NCBI GenBank assembly: GCA_963826715.1
Contig: CAWGYA010000008.1
Location: 608,001 to 672,000, forward strand
From: Candidatus Bathyarchaeota archaeon
GTDB lineage: Archaea; Thermoproteota; Bathyarchaeia; Bathyarchaeales; Bathycorpusculaceae
Length of the DNA: 64,000 bases
Reading direction: 5' to 3'
The notes under the pieces were generated by a model. It did no database searches. It saw only the letters and a list, made by a program, of their open reading frames with translations, and was not told the origin of the DNA. This document shows positions 37,421 through 48,062 of this stretch, piece by piece (position 1 is the first letter of the stretch; each line of letters begins with the position of its first letter). Position numbers and translations under genes: made by a program.

Positions 37421-38506
37421 TTAACGTTCCCGTTTGCCTGTAATCCATTCTTCTGTCCACTGCTTTGCCTGCGAGTCAGGAATTTGCATTGGCGGATGCT
37501 TAAAAGCGTATGAGGGCATGCTGATTAGTGCTCCACTAATTTTGCGATCTAATGCAATTTTGGCCGCTCGGATGAGATCAATGACCACTCCTCCACTGTT
37601 GGGTGAGTCTTCGACTTCGAGTTTAACACTAATATTAATGGGGCGGTCACCGAATTTTCGTCCCTTAAGCGATATGTAACATATTTTCTTGTTCTTTAGA
37701 AATGGCACGTAATCGCTAGGTCCAATACGCGTGGGTAAGGCATAGGGGACTAGGCTTGTTACAGCTTCAGTTTTACTTATCCGCTTGGATTTAAGTCGTC
37801 CTTCTACAGTCATGTTTTGGAAGTCTGTGTCTCCGCCGAGGTTCAGCTGATAAGTTTCGTCTACGATAACGCCACGATCAAGGCAGAGCCGAACAAGATT
37901 ACGATGTAGAATTGTGGCTCCGACTTGGCTTTTGATGTCGTCACCTAAGACAGGCAATCCCACTTCTTCGAATTTTTTAGGCCACTCTTTTGAGGAGTCT
38001 GAGGCGATGAATTCGGGCATGCAGTTCACAAAAGCACATCCTGCATCTAAGGCGCATTGAGCGTAGTAGCGAACTGCATCGTGGCTGCCCACTGGAAGGT
38101 AGTTAACTAGGACTTGGGCTTTTGATTCTTCTAGGATTTTCACGACACTATCTTTGCTTGTATTGCTATCGTCGTATACGTTGAAGGTTTCCCGCATGTG
38201 AGGTGCCACACCGTCAAGGATGGGGGCTGGGGAGACTTTAACGTCTAGGTTTGGAACATCCGCGAATTTTTCACAGCAGTTTGGCTTGGTGAAAATTGCC
38301 TCTGAAAGGTCTTGGCCGATTTTAGCTTTATTAACTTCGAAAGCGGCAACGAATTTAATATCGGATATATGATAGCCGCCGTAGTTCACGTGCATAAGGC
38401 CGGGCACAGTTTCGTTTTCTTTTGCGTCCTTATAGTACTGAGTTCCCTGAACGAGGGCACATGCGCTATTGCCAACACCGACGATTGCTACACGAATTTC
38501 CGGCAT
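37421..38506 (-). CDS. ino1: myo-Inositol-1-phosphate synthase
   Basis: VAIVGVGNSA, YLPVGS, GDDIKSQVGAT, QLNLGGDTDF, SKRISKT, DSPNSGG, FKHPP. Confidence 0.95.
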   Translation of the reverse strand: MPEIRVAIVGVGNSACALVQGTQYYKDAKENETVPGLMHVNYGGYHISDIKFVAAFEVNKAKIGQDLSEAIFTKPNCCEKFADVPNLDVKVSPAPILDGVAPHMRETFNVYDDSNTSKDSVVKILEESKAQVLVNYLPVGSHDAVRYYAQCALDAGCAFVNCMPEFIASDSSKEWPKKFEEVGLPVLGDDIKSQVGATILHRNLVRLCLDRGVIVDETYQLNLGGDTDFQNMTVEGRLKSKRISKTEAVTSLVPYALPTRIGPSDYVPFLKNKKICYISLKGRKFGDRPINISVKLEVEDSPNSGGVVIDLIRAAKIALDRKISGALISMPSYAFKHPPMQIPDSQAKQWTEEWITGKRER

Positions 38507-38773
38507 AGATAATCATTCCAATTTAGAGTTGATTGTAGGCTTAATGTCCACGTGCGCTATAACTTTTTCCTATCAAAGGAGACTTGTTTCGTTTCAGATC
38601 AGTGAATCTGAGAGCTGGCTTCCCGAAGTATATCCTCTTCCGACAATAGCAGCCTAAAGGTCAAATATCATTTAACCCCAAAACCCAACCCAAAAACTAA
38701 ACATTTTATAGAACCAAACTCATGCTAAGATGCGCCCTTCTGCTTATATACGATTCAGTTCAATTCCATAATC

Positions 38774-40018
38774 ATGAATACCCAGCACCCAAAATCCGAA
38801 AATACAGATGTTGCCATAATCGGTGCTGGACCAGTTGGCTCTTACGCTGCACTAAATTTAGCAAAGTTAGGCGTGGACACTACTGTCTTTGAGGAACACT
38901 CACAAATCGGTCTACCATCTCATTGCGCAGGGCACATCAGTATCCGGAGCCTCAAAAACTTCAATCTCTACCCTTTGCCCACCGGCATTATTGAGAACAC
39001 CTTCTGTGCCGCCAACTTTAACTCACCCCAAGGCACCAAATTCACACTTCATCTCTCCTGTCCCGTAACCTTGAGCCTTGATAGGACACGTTTTGATCAG
39101 TATCTCGCTGGTAAGGCGCAGGCAGCTGGCACACGATTAGTTTTGGGCTCCCGTGTGTTATCGCTTCTGAAACAAGGAGGTTGCGTAGAGGGTCTAACAA
39201 TCATGCGAGAAAACGGCGCCCAACAAAAGATGAAGTCTAAGATCGTTTTGGATGCCGAAGGAATTTCATCCCGACTATTACGGCAAGCTGGGTTATCCAC
39301 AATTAAAAACAGAAATTTAGTCTATGCAGTGGAAACGGAAATCGAAAATGCACAAGACATCGAAGAAAATACGGTGGAGGTATATTTTGGCAAATCTTAC
39401 GCACCCGGATTTTATGGTTGGCTCATCCCAAAATCCGACGGCAGAGCCAAATTGGGTTTAGCCACCAACCAAGGCAATCCCAAAACTTTCCTAAACCGCC
39501 TAATAACAAAACACCCAATAGCATCGAAACAACTCGCCAATGCAAAATTCGTCAAAACAAGTTACCACGCAATCAGCTTAGGTGGACCCATCGAGAAAGT
39601 CTACACTGATGGTTTCTTGGCAATGGGCGATTGTGCCTCTCAGGTGAAGCCGACGACTGGAGGCGGAGTCATCTTCGGGATAACCTGCGCAAGAGAGGCA
39701 GCAGAAGTAGCAAATATTGCACTTAGGGAAAATGATTTTTCAGCCAGGGTCTTGCAGACTTACCAGAAACGCTGCGAGAGAAAGCTAAACTTTGACTTTT
39801 ATGTAATGTTGCGGATGAGACACTTCCTTGATTCCCTTTCGGATGAGCGTATTGATGAGATGCTACGTGTCTGTGGCAAACTCGGCCTAGATAAAGTTAT
39901 GCGAGATGTTGATGAAATCGATTATCAAGGCAGGTTACTTCTTACTGCACTTGGCAAACCTCAGATGCTAGCGGCATTCGCTTATTTTGGATTGCTTTAT
40001 CTATCTGCAAACCCTTAA
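38774..40018 (+). CDS. Geranylgeranyl reductase family flavoprotein
   Basis: DVAIIGAGPVGS, CAG, PGFYGWLIP, GDCASQVKPTTGGGV. Confidence 0.85.
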   Translation: MNTQHPKSENTDVAIIGAGPVGSYAALNLAKLGVDTTVFEEHSQIGLPSHCAGHISIRSLKNFNLYPLPTGIIENTFCAANFNSPQGTKFTLHLSCPVTLSLDRTRFDQYLAGKAQAAGTRLVLGSRVLSLLKQGGCVEGLTIMRENGAQQKMKSKIVLDAEGISSRLLRQAGLSTIKNRNLVYAVETEIENAQDIEENTVEVYFGKSYAPGFYGWLIPKSDGRAKLGLATNQGNPKTFLNRLITKHPIASKQLANAKFVKTSYHAISLGGPIEKVYTDGFLAMGDCASQVKPTTGGGVIFGITCAREAAEVANIALRENDFSARVLQTYQKRCERKLNFDFYVMLRMRHFLDSLSDERIDEMLRVCGKLGLDKVMRDVDEIDYQGRLLLTALGKPQMLAAFAYFGLLYLSANP

Positions 40019-40054
40019 AATCTCTGACACTAACATAGATGCTGGAAAGTAGCT

Positions 40055-40417
40055 ATGAACGAATTTGAATATAAGCAGGTTCTAGTCTTCAGAACGGATT
40101 TGCAGATGGGTAAAGGCAAAATCGCGGCACAAGCAGGGCACGCCGCCATTTCTGCAGCACAAGACGCCTTCATTCATCACAAGAAGTGGTGGGATTCATG
40201 GATATATGAAGGACAAAAGAAAGTTGCTTTAAAGGTTCAAACAGAAAAGGAACTTTGCGAACTTGAGGAAGCAGCGGAAGATTTGGGATTACCGCATGCT
40301 TTGATTGTTGACCGAGGATTAACACAGATTCCAGAAGGTTCCATCACATGCCTCGGCATCGGACCAGCACCAGCGGAGAGAATAGACCGCTTAACGAACA
40401 AACTCAAGTTGTTGTAG
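40055..40417 (+). CDS. pth2: Peptidyl-tRNA hydrolase Pth2
   Basis: KQVLVFRTDLQMGKGKIAAQAGHA, GQKKVAL, DRGLTQ, GIGP. Confidence 0.96.
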   Translation: MNEFEYKQVLVFRTDLQMGKGKIAAQAGHAAISAAQDAFIHHKKWWDSWIYEGQKKVALKVQTEKELCELEEAAEDLGLPHALIVDRGLTQIPEGSITCLGIGPAPAERIDRLTNKLKLL

Positions 40418-40426
40418 GCGTTTTTT

Positions 40427-41770
40427 TTGCAGGTCCCCAACATTGACAAATTACTCGGTATGGAAGTCTACGCCACTAATACTGCAGGGATAGGCGGAGT
40501 AATCAAGGCGGAAACGGATGATTTTGTGGTTGAAGAAATACTTGTTGATGGTTCTAAAGCATCCGTAAAGGGTACGGTTCCAAGTAGTGTTTTAAGCTCA
40601 ACATCAAGATGGCAACGGTACTTGCTATGTGTGGTTGTAAAACGCAACTGGGACACTTTTATCGCTACCAAAAACGTCACAAAAGCATTAGGCATCGAAC
40701 AACGCCGGCTCCAGTTTGCGGGAATAAAAGACGCCAAAGCCCTAACTGCACAATTCATCACATTAGAAAGGGTTTCCGTTGAAGAAGCCATGAAAGTTGA
40801 GGTAACCGGCGTACAGGTTTATCCAGTAGGTTATGTGCGGGAAATGCTCTCGCTATTTTATCTTCTAGGCAACCACTTCAATATTACCATCAAAAACATA
40901 GGTGTAACAACAGATCAGATAACTCACACTATCCAAGAAATCAGAGAAATTGGATTTATCCCAAACTTCTTTGGGCACCAACGCTTCGGCTCCACTCGCC
41001 CCATTACCCACCACGTCGGAAAAGCCCTCATCAACAATTGCTTTGAGGAGGCAGCTATGTTGTTTCTAGCTAACCCCAGCCAATATGAGCATCCAGAGTC
41101 ACAGCAAGCACGACAAGAACTACAAGATTCCCACGACTTTAAGAAAGCTTTAGAAAACTTTCCAAGGCAACTCCGTTTTGAACGCTTAATGCTTGGTCAC
41201 CTAGCCCAAAACCCAACAGATTACATTGGTGCCTTTCAACGACTCCCCCCTAAGTTACAGGCACTCTTCGTCCAAGCACACCAATCCTATCTATTTAACC
41301 GCTTTCTAAGCAAGCGAATTAAGTGCGGGTTACCATTAAACTTGGCAGTTGAGGGTGATTTTTTGGTTGGAGTTGAGCGGACAGGGTTGCCTTTGATGAG
41401 TACAGTCAAAATTGTCTCACCCCAAAATATCACTGAAGTGAATAACTCCCTTAAATTAGGTAAAATGCGAGTTGCGCTACCTATATTTGGTGTCAAACAG
41501 AAACTCTCAACCGGTGTAATGGGCAAGATCGAATTAGAAGTCTTAGCTGAGGAAGGAGTAGAGATTGAGGGGCTGCGATTTAATGTGCTCTCTCGAGTTG
41601 GAGGCAAGGGGGGCTTACGCACAGCGACTACGCCAGTAAAGGATTTTACCTTCCAGGAAATTTCTGGAGCCTCAATACGAGTAAGTTTTATGCTTCTACG
41701 AGGCTGCTATGCCACCGTGCTTCTACGCGAATTAATCAAGCCGTCTAATCCTGTAGTTTCAGGGTTCTGA
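40427..41770 (+). CDS. truD: tRNA pseudouridine(13) synthase TruD
   Basis: DFVVEE, AGIKDAKALT.Q, GNHFNI, PNFFGHQRFG, QSYLFN, GCYATVLLRE. Confidence 0.95.
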   Translation: MQVPNIDKLLGMEVYATNTAGIGGVIKAETDDFVVEEILVDGSKASVKGTVPSSVLSSTSRWQRYLLCVVVKRNWDTFIATKNVTKALGIEQRRLQFAGIKDAKALTAQFITLERVSVEEAMKVEVTGVQVYPVGYVREMLSLFYLLGNHFNITIKNIGVTTDQITHTIQEIREIGFIPNFFGHQRFGSTRPITHHVGKALINNCFEEAAMLFLANPSQYEHPESQQARQELQDSHDFKKALENFPRQLRFERLMLGHLAQNPTDYIGAFQRLPPKLQALFVQAHQSYLFNRFLSKRIKCGLPLNLAVEGDFLVGVERTGLPLMSTVKIVSPQNITEVNNSLKLGKMRVALPIFGVKQKLSTGVMGKIELEVLAEEGVEIEGLRFNVLSRVGGKGGLRTATTPVKDFTFQEISGASIRVSFMLLRGCYATVLLRELIKPSNPVVSGF

Positions 41771-41831
41771 GGTCAGAGCATAAACGCTGATAAATGAGAA
41801 GATACTTCAGTGATTTTAGGAGAAGCTTTTA

Positions 41832-42392
41832 ATGGAGAGCAATCATCAGAAATCTCAGTGCATCATTCCAATACATAAACCAAGCCTAAGAGAATATGCC
41901 TTCTTTTTTGTGTCAGGTATAATCGTCAGTATTCCATTTGCTGCTTTCTTTGAAAGTCTTTACCCCTTTACTGCTGCAATCTTGATTGTTATTGTGGCAC
42001 CCTTCATCGAGGAACTCGCAAAGGTGTTCCCACTCTTTTACCGTCATGGAGAAACCGAACGTTCCCTACTTACTCTTGGATTACTGATCGGATTGGGCTT
42101 TGGCATCGCAGAACTCGTCGAGTACACAGTCATCGGCGGAGTACCTTTCTTCATACGCATACCTGGAGTTATTTTCCACGCCTCAAGTGCAACCATAACC
42201 GCCTATGGAATCTCAAAAAAGAATCCGCTCCCTTACTATCTAATAGCAGTCTCGCTTCATGTCATCAACAATTTTTTCGCCTTAACTACTAACATTTTCA
42301 CCGTGCCTGTACAGCTATTGGTTTTAATAACTGTTTATTGGCTGGCTTGGCGCTACTGGCACAAAGCCCATGCTAATGTAACAGTTGTCTAG
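41832..42392 (+). CDS. PrsW-family intramembrane metalloprotease
   Basis: APFIEELAK, GLGFGIAE, FHA, LHVINN. Confidence 0.85.
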   Translation: MESNHQKSQCIIPIHKPSLREYAFFFVSGIIVSIPFAAFFESLYPFTAAILIVIVAPFIEELAKVFPLFYRHGETERSLLTLGLLIGLGFGIAELVEYTVIGGVPFFIRIPGVIFHASSATITAYGISKKNPLPYYLIAVSLHVINNFFALTTNIFTVPVQLLVLITVYWLAWRYWHKAHANVTVV

Positions 42393-42919
42393 ACGATTCG
42401 GTCGGTGCGCGCTAAATCCTTAACCCGATTTACTCCGTCTATCTCCAAAATAAAGTCAGCGACACTTCGGGGAACAAGGTCTATCCATCCTGCATCGCCT
42501 TGAACCATTTTTTCCCGTACAAGCGTGGACATGTAAACTTTCCTGTCAAATAGGGGAATATCCCACACTGAATAGCCTGCCTCCTTAAACAACCTGCGCG
42601 TCATTGGTTCATTGGAGAAAACTTCGCTGAATTTGGGAGTGTATCCTTCCACTGCGCTGACCCACAGCATATGAAGATGCACATCGGGCACAGGAATAAT
42701 CCACAGCCGCCCAATGTCCACACCTGCTTCCTGCAACGCTTGCCTTACCATAACCAATCGTTCTCCCGCTGTGAACGGATTATAACTGGTGTGACTATAT
42801 TGGGCACTGCCTACGACAACAATTAACTCATCCATATTTCCAAGAGCATATTTGATGGCGTCTTTGTGTCCATTATGAAAAGGCTGGAACCTACCAACGT
42901 AGAGACCACGAGTAAACAA
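42389..42919 (-). CDS. nadM: Nicotinamide-nucleotide adenylyltransferase
   Basis: GRFQPFHNGH, GSAQ, NPFTAGER, STLVR. Confidence 0.93.
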   Translation of the reverse strand: MFTRGLYVGRFQPFHNGHKDAIKYALGNMDELIVVVGSAQYSHTSYNPFTAGERLVMVRQALQEAGVDIGRLWIIPVPDVHLHMLWVSAVEGYTPKFSEVFSNEPMTRRLFKEAGYSVWDIPLFDRKVYMSTLVREKMVQGDAGWIDLVPRSVADFILEIDGVNRVKDLARTDRIV

Positions 42920-42975
42920 GTGTATTCCCTGGAGTCAGGTTGCGTTTGGCTGCTTTTATGATTTGCGTAGGACTT

Positions 42976-43563
42976 TCAAGTGAACTTTTTTAGAACATTC
43001 TCAACTGGAAAAACTCTTAGGATAGAGCCGTCAACTTCGATCTCTTTTGGCTCACTGAAACCTCTCTTTTCTCGCGCCAAAAAATCCAATTTTACCCTCA
43101 ACCCACCAGGTCCATAACCAGCCAAACCAAAATCGGACTTTACCACCCGATGGCAAGGAACAAATGGCGGAAATTTGTTGCATGCCATAGCGTTTCCCAC
43201 GGCTCTGGCTCCTCCGCCAACGACCTCTGCGATTGCACCATACGAGGTAACGTAGCCTAAAGGGATAGCAATTGTTGCTTTAATCACTTTTTTTGTGTAA
43301 ACTGATAGACCGACAGTTGCCAAATAAAATTTTGAGCCAACATCTTCTCCGTCGTAGATAGATTTAAATTTTAATAGGAGTTTTTTTGCTCCTGGTGTGG
43401 GTTCATGAAAAACTTGAAAAGATTCATTAAAAGGTAAATAAAAAAGGATACTTTTAAGCGCCTTTTTCTGACTTCGACTAAATGTGGAAACAACTATTTT
43501 ATTCTGGTTTAGAGCAAATGCAAAATGAGTGCCACCTATGTTTTGGCAATAAATCTCGATCAA
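42976..43563 (-). CDS. ogt: Methylated-DNA--protein-cysteine methyltransferase
   Basis: IPLGYVTSYG, ARAVGNA, VPCHRVV. Confidence 0.92.
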   Translation of the reverse strand: MIEIYCQNIGGTHFAFALNQNKIVVSTFSRSQKKALKSILFYLPFNESFQVFHEPTPGAKKLLLKFKSIYDGEDVGSKFYLATVGLSVYTKKVIKATIAIPLGYVTSYGAIAEVVGGGARAVGNAMACNKFPPFVPCHRVVKSDFGLAGYGPGGLRVKLDFLAREKRGFSEPKEIEVDGSILRVFPVENVLKKFT

Positions 43564-43851
43564 ATTTTAATCCCAAAATAATGTTTCTGACCGGTTCATG
43601 TTAAAAGTTTCCGTGGCAAGAAAGGCTCCCCAACAATCCATGTATATCACAACCAACAAAACATTTTGTGACCTATCTCTCTCCTTGAGCTCACTTTTTA
43701 TCGTTAGATTTATGCAGAATATATTTTCTCTACGGCATTCGTATCTAAACCATCTTTTTTCAAACACAAAAGCTTAATGTGTCCTTGTATAATGGTTATA
43801 AGTAACCTTAATAGATTGTTTTGTATATATCAAACCGAAAAGGTGAAAATT

Positions 43852-44562
43852 ATGGAAGGTTATGGACCACAACTCCCTCAGTTACCTCAAATTCCACAAA
43901 TTCCACTTATGCCGCAAGCACAGATGCCAGAGCAACAGCAAACACAAAGTCAACAAGCCCAAGGCGGTATGGGTTGGATGCCTGGCGCCACAACCGTCGG
44001 GGTCGTCTTCCAAGACGGAGTGCTCCTAGCTGCTGAGAAAAGAGTTACTTACGGCTACTTCATTATGAGCAGAGGCGGCAAAAAAGTCTTCAAAGTTACA
44101 GATCGCATAGGGGTCGCCTGCGCGGGTCTGGTTGGTGACATGCAAATTCTTGCAAGGGAAATGGAAGCACAAGCTAACCTCTACAGTATGGACGTAGGCA
44201 GATCCATAAGTGTGCATTCAGCCGCGAAACTCATGGCAAATGTTCTTTTCAATCGCCGCTATGCACCTCTAATCACCCAAACCATAGTCGGCGGCTTAGA
44301 TGAGGATGGACCCTCACTCTATGTACTCGATGTTCTCGGCTCACTCATCCCAGATAAGTACGCTGCAGTCGGCTCAGGAACTGAACTAGCTATCGGAGTC
44401 ATCGAAGAAGGCTACAAAGAAAATCTAACCCTTGCGGAAACCAAAGAACTGGTTAAACGAGCTATCAAAGCCGCCATCTCACGCGACGCCACAAGCGGCG
44501 ACGGTGTAGATTTCCTCATTATAACCAAAGACGGCATCACCGAAGATTCTACAAAATTCTAA
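43852..44562 (+). CDS. psmB: Proteasome beta subunit (Ala at the Thr1 position; Pro/Gln-rich N-terminal extension)
   Basis: GATTVG, AAEKR, AGLVGD, AVGSG, AISRDATSG. Confidence 0.93.
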   Translation: MEGYGPQLPQLPQIPQIPLMPQAQMPEQQQTQSQQAQGGMGWMPGATTVGVVFQDGVLLAAEKRVTYGYFIMSRGGKKVFKVTDRIGVACAGLVGDMQILAREMEAQANLYSMDVGRSISVHSAAKLMANVLFNRRYAPLITQTIVGGLDEDGPSLYVLDVLGSLIPDKYAAVGSGTELAIGVIEEGYKENLTLAETKELVKRAIKAAISRDATSGDGVDFLIITKDGITEDSTKF

Positions 44563-44627
44563 ACCCATTTTCTCTTCCATATTTTAGTAAGCATTAAGTG
44601 AAAAAGTAAATGCTTAAGGTGTAAAAT

Positions 44628-45251
44628 ATGTTCTTTGAGTTAACTCACCAAGAAGGAGAGTTTCTAATCAAACTTGCACGAGATACAGTGAAGGTTTATC
44701 TCGAAAAAGGCACAAAAATCCAGCCGCCAAAAGGTACCGCTAAAAAGCTCTTTGAGAAATGTGGTGTATTTGTAACCATAAATACGATAGTAAAGGATAA
44801 AAAAGAGCTACGCGGGTGTATCGGTTACCCTTACCCAACCAGCCCATTGATTGAAGCTGTAATTGACTCTGCCCTAAACGCGGCCACACAAGACCCCCGG
44901 TTTGAACCCGTCTCATGTGAAGAACTCGAAAGAGTAGTTTTTGAAATAAGCATATTAACCCCACCTGAAAAAATCGAAGTCGACAATCCTTACACTTACG
45001 TGAAAAAAATCAAAGTCGGTGAAGATGGATTAATCATCGAACACGGCTACTCCAAAGGTCTGCTGTTGCCTCAAGTTCCCATAGATTGGGGCTGGTGTGA
45101 AGAAGAGTTCCTTTGCCAATGCTGCATTAAAGCTGGGTTGTCGCCTGACACCTGGTTAACACCGGACGCAAAAATCTACAAGTTCCACGCTATCATATTC
45201 GAAGAACAAAAACCAAATGGCATTGTAAAACGCTTAAGCCTTAAAAATTAG
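44628..45251 (+). CDS. AMMECR1-domain protein
   Basis: GVFVTI, LRGCIG, DPRF, GLLLPQV, KAGL. Confidence 0.93.
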   Translation: MFFELTHQEGEFLIKLARDTVKVYLEKGTKIQPPKGTAKKLFEKCGVFVTINTIVKDKKELRGCIGYPYPTSPLIEAVIDSALNAATQDPRFEPVSCEELERVVFEISILTPPEKIEVDNPYTYVKKIKVGEDGLIIEHGYSKGLLLPQVPIDWGWCEEEFLCQCCIKAGLSPDTWLTPDAKIYKFHAIIFEEQKPNGIVKRLSLKN

Positions 45252-45252
45252 T

Positions 45253-46392
45253 TCAGTTCTGTAGTGACTCGATGATTTCAACTGTCCGCGGCAGACCCTG
45301 ATATTTGCCTGAGACCAGAGAAAGAGCAGTCACATTTCGACTGTAGTTGTCAAAGTTTGCTTCCATCTTTTTCACGGCTTTTTCAAGTTGCTTTCCATTT
45401 TTTGCAACTATTGAACAATTAAGGGCTTCAAGTTTCGCAGCGTTGCCAAGCTGCTCGGGTTGAGTTGGAAGGCATATACTAGGTTTGCTGTATTTGATAG
45501 TTTCAAAGCAAGTAGCATGTCCGCCGCTGAAAATAACAAACTTCGCATTCTTCATGGCTTCTTGGCGCTCCTCTACAGTAAGCCATGTGTGTATCTGGTA
45601 ATTGGCGGTTGAAACCGACGACTTTTTGCCTGGCACACCTAAGCTTACGATCCATTTATCCCTAGTTTTCTCAAGCACGGGCAAAATCGTTTTGAGCAAA
45701 TGCGCTTGGGAACCGACGGGACCGCTGATAGCTGCAAAAATATGGTCTCCTGACCCGCTTTCTGGTTTGGTATCTATGAAGCTACCCACATATTCAGATC
45801 GGTCAGCTATTCCTATGTGATTTATGTTACCGATGCTATATTCTGAAATAGTGAAGGGTGGCGGATTGTCAGGTATCACTATTTTTGTAGATGATTTATA
45901 GTAGCGTTCTATGAACCGTTCACCAGGGCTAAGCAACAATGAGAAGCCGTAGCTTGGTCGAATCATATTTTCAACATAAACCGAGGGAATTTTCCACCTG
46001 CCAGCTAACCGAAGAGCGTTTATGTCGCCATCTGCTATAAGGACATCGGGTGCAATGTCACGGATGTTCTGACGGAGGTCGTAGTAGCGATGTATGGTTT
46101 CATATGCGTTAGAGTTTTTAATTTCAATGCGGTTCTTCTGTACGTTAAAGAGCGGTAGCGGAAAAAAAAGGTTCAGAAGTGAAACCGAGGTAAGGATACC
46201 ATGTGAATTCTCATACCATGAAATCGGAGTGCAAGGGTAAACCTGCTTGAATTCTTTTTTTAGGAGCTCATATGCTTTTCCGCCGGAGAAAAAGAACAGT
46301 TCGTGCCCATGTTTCGCGAGACTTTTCCCTAGCGGAATGAGCCTTGAAACGTGTCCTAAGCCTAGTTCAGAGCAACTAAGTAGTAGTCGCAT
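45253..46392 (-). CDS. GT-B glycosyltransferase (MJ1255/GT28-like)
   Basis: GLGHVSR, PDVLIAD, GGHATCFE, QPEQLGNA. Confidence 0.85.
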   Translation of the reverse strand: MRLLLSCSELGLGHVSRLIPLGKSLAKHGHELFFFSGGKAYELLKKEFKQVYPCTPISWYENSHGILTSVSLLNLFFPLPLFNVQKNRIEIKNSNAYETIHRYYDLRQNIRDIAPDVLIADGDINALRLAGRWKIPSVYVENMIRPSYGFSLLLSPGERFIERYYKSSTKIVIPDNPPPFTISEYSIGNINHIGIADRSEYVGSFIDTKPESGSGDHIFAAISGPVGSQAHLLKTILPVLEKTRDKWIVSLGVPGKKSSVSTANYQIHTWLTVEERQEAMKNAKFVIFSGGHATCFETIKYSKPSICLPTQPEQLGNAAKLEALNCSIVAKNGKQLEKAVKKMEANFDNYSRNVTALSLVSGKYQGLPRTVEIIESLQN

Positions 46393-46488
46393 ACATTGTA
46401 TTGATGAGTGAACAAGGTTATTTGAACTATAGCTATCTTTAGCTGAGGAAGGGAAGTGTTTTAAGTGTTATTTGCAAGATTAGAAAGT

Positions 46489-47343
46489 ATGTTTATTCCA
46501 AGACGAATTGTAGAGGAAAAACTCAAAAGCCTCCTTACCGATGACCTCGGACAAGGTGATGTAACGTCAGCAGTGATAATTCCTGCAGGCAAGGGGGTAG
46601 AGGCCGAGATTGTTGCTAAAGAAGACGGCGTCGTAGCAGGGATAGAAGAGTCTATCATACTCGCAGAGTATTTGGGGCTCAGTGCGCAAGCTATGGTTAT
46701 AGACGGAGAAAAAATCACTAACAAACAAGTCCTCATCCAACTCTCGGGTGACGCTCAAAGTTTGTTTTCTGGGGAACGAACTCTTTTAAACCTGCTCTCA
46801 CGCATGAGCGGCATCGCAACTCAAACGCGTCATCTAAGTCAAAAAATAGCAAATGCCCAAATAAAAACAAAAATAGCAGCCACTCGCAAGTCCGCGCCAG
46901 GACTGCTCTATTTTGATAAAAAAGCCGTAGTTCTTGGAGGCGGTGACCCACATAGGTTACACCTCGATGATATGGTGCTAATCAAAGACAATCATATAGC
47001 TATCATTGGAACCGTAGAGGAGGCTGTTAAACTCGCTAAATCCAGAGTTTCTTTCTCTAAAAAAATCGAGGTTGAAGTCACCAGCTCATCAGATGCACTT
47101 TTAGCGGCTAAGGCAGGTGCGGATATCGTTATGCTGGATAATTTCTTGCCCGACGAAGTTGAGGAAGCCAGCAAAAAGCTACGTGCCTCGGGGTTCGGTG
47201 ATGTGTTGCTTGAAGTCAGCGGCAACATAACCCCCGAGAACTTGCTTGACTATGCGACGGCACAGGTTGACATAATTAGCATTGGAGCATTAACGCACAG
47301 CGTCAAAGCTTTGGATATAAGTTTGGAAATTTTAAAAAAATAG
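46489..47343 (+). CDS. nadC: Nicotinate-nucleotide pyrophosphorylase
   Basis: DDLGQGDVT, ERTLLN...SGIAT, TRK, HRLHLDD..LIKDNH, IEVEV, MLDN, GALTHS. Confidence 0.96.
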   Translation: MFIPRRIVEEKLKSLLTDDLGQGDVTSAVIIPAGKGVEAEIVAKEDGVVAGIEESIILAEYLGLSAQAMVIDGEKITNKQVLIQLSGDAQSLFSGERTLLNLLSRMSGIATQTRHLSQKIANAQIKTKIAATRKSAPGLLYFDKKAVVLGGGDPHRLHLDDMVLIKDNHIAIIGTVEEAVKLAKSRVSFSKKIEVEVTSSSDALLAAKAGADIVMLDNFLPDEVEEASKKLRASGFGDVLLEVSGNITPENLLDYATAQVDIISIGALTHSVKALDISLEILKK

Positions 47344-47350
47344 TTCGATC

Positions 47351-47935
47351 TTATATCCCGATAGATAGCGTATAAGTTTCTACCACAGCGCCAATTATAA
47401 GTAAAAGCGCGACGAGTCCAATGAACATGGCAAGATACTTGAGTTCGCTTTTCCAGCGATTCTGCAGTATTCTGCGAAATAACCAAATGCTCTCCGTCAT
47501 TCCAATTGAATAAGAAACATATTCCAGTAGAAACACCACTCCAATCAGCCCCAAAGCTAAAAAAGCCGTTGCTCCAGATACTTCGGGATTGGTTGTTGCT
47601 ACTCCGCTGGCAGCTTGGATTTCAAAAACAGCCCGAAACGCTTGACCTGTGCTAAACAGAATGAACAATCCTATTCCTGCTCCTGCAAGAGGAATAAACA
47701 TGAGCAAGGAAAGCAAAAAGTTGTTTGTGAATATATCGGGAATCAATGTGCCATTGGCGGTGCCATGGGTAACAGTTTGGTTAAGCTGGTCGCTTATCAA
47801 CTGTGCATCGGTTGGGCTCACGGGCACTAACATACCGATCAGGGTAGCTAACACGGCAAGAATAAAAAGGAAGATAGCTGAGTAAATGCGCTTGCGACTA
47901 GGAGAGGTATTAACCCAGAACAATGGATAATTCAT
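47351..47935 (-). CDS. SpoIIM-family membrane protein
   Basis: IFTNN, FIP..G, LEY, LLIIGAVVE. Confidence 0.75.
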   Translation of the reverse strand: MNYPLFWVNTSPSRKRIYSAIFLFILAVLATLIGMLVPVSPTDAQLISDQLNQTVTHGTANGTLIPDIFTNNFLLSLLMFIPLAGAGIGLFILFSTGQAFRAVFEIQAASGVATTNPEVSGATAFLALGLIGVVFLLEYVSYSIGMTESIWLFRRILQNRWKSELKYLAMFIGLVALLLIIGAVVETYTLSIGI

Positions 47936-48062
47936 TTTTTTGACCTTCCAAGATTATTAAGGAGTAAAATTTTTGTTCAAATCCTCGATATAGGGTTTAA
48001 CATTTCTGACAATTTAACCTTTCTTAACGGTTATAGATATTCAGGTTGAGTGCATGCTAAAA

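Noticed and set aside
43567-43851. 66-aa minus ORF and the upstream extension of psmB to 43777
   Set aside because: This is an AT-rich divergent promoter region. The GGTGA RBS supports ATG 43852 as the psmB start.
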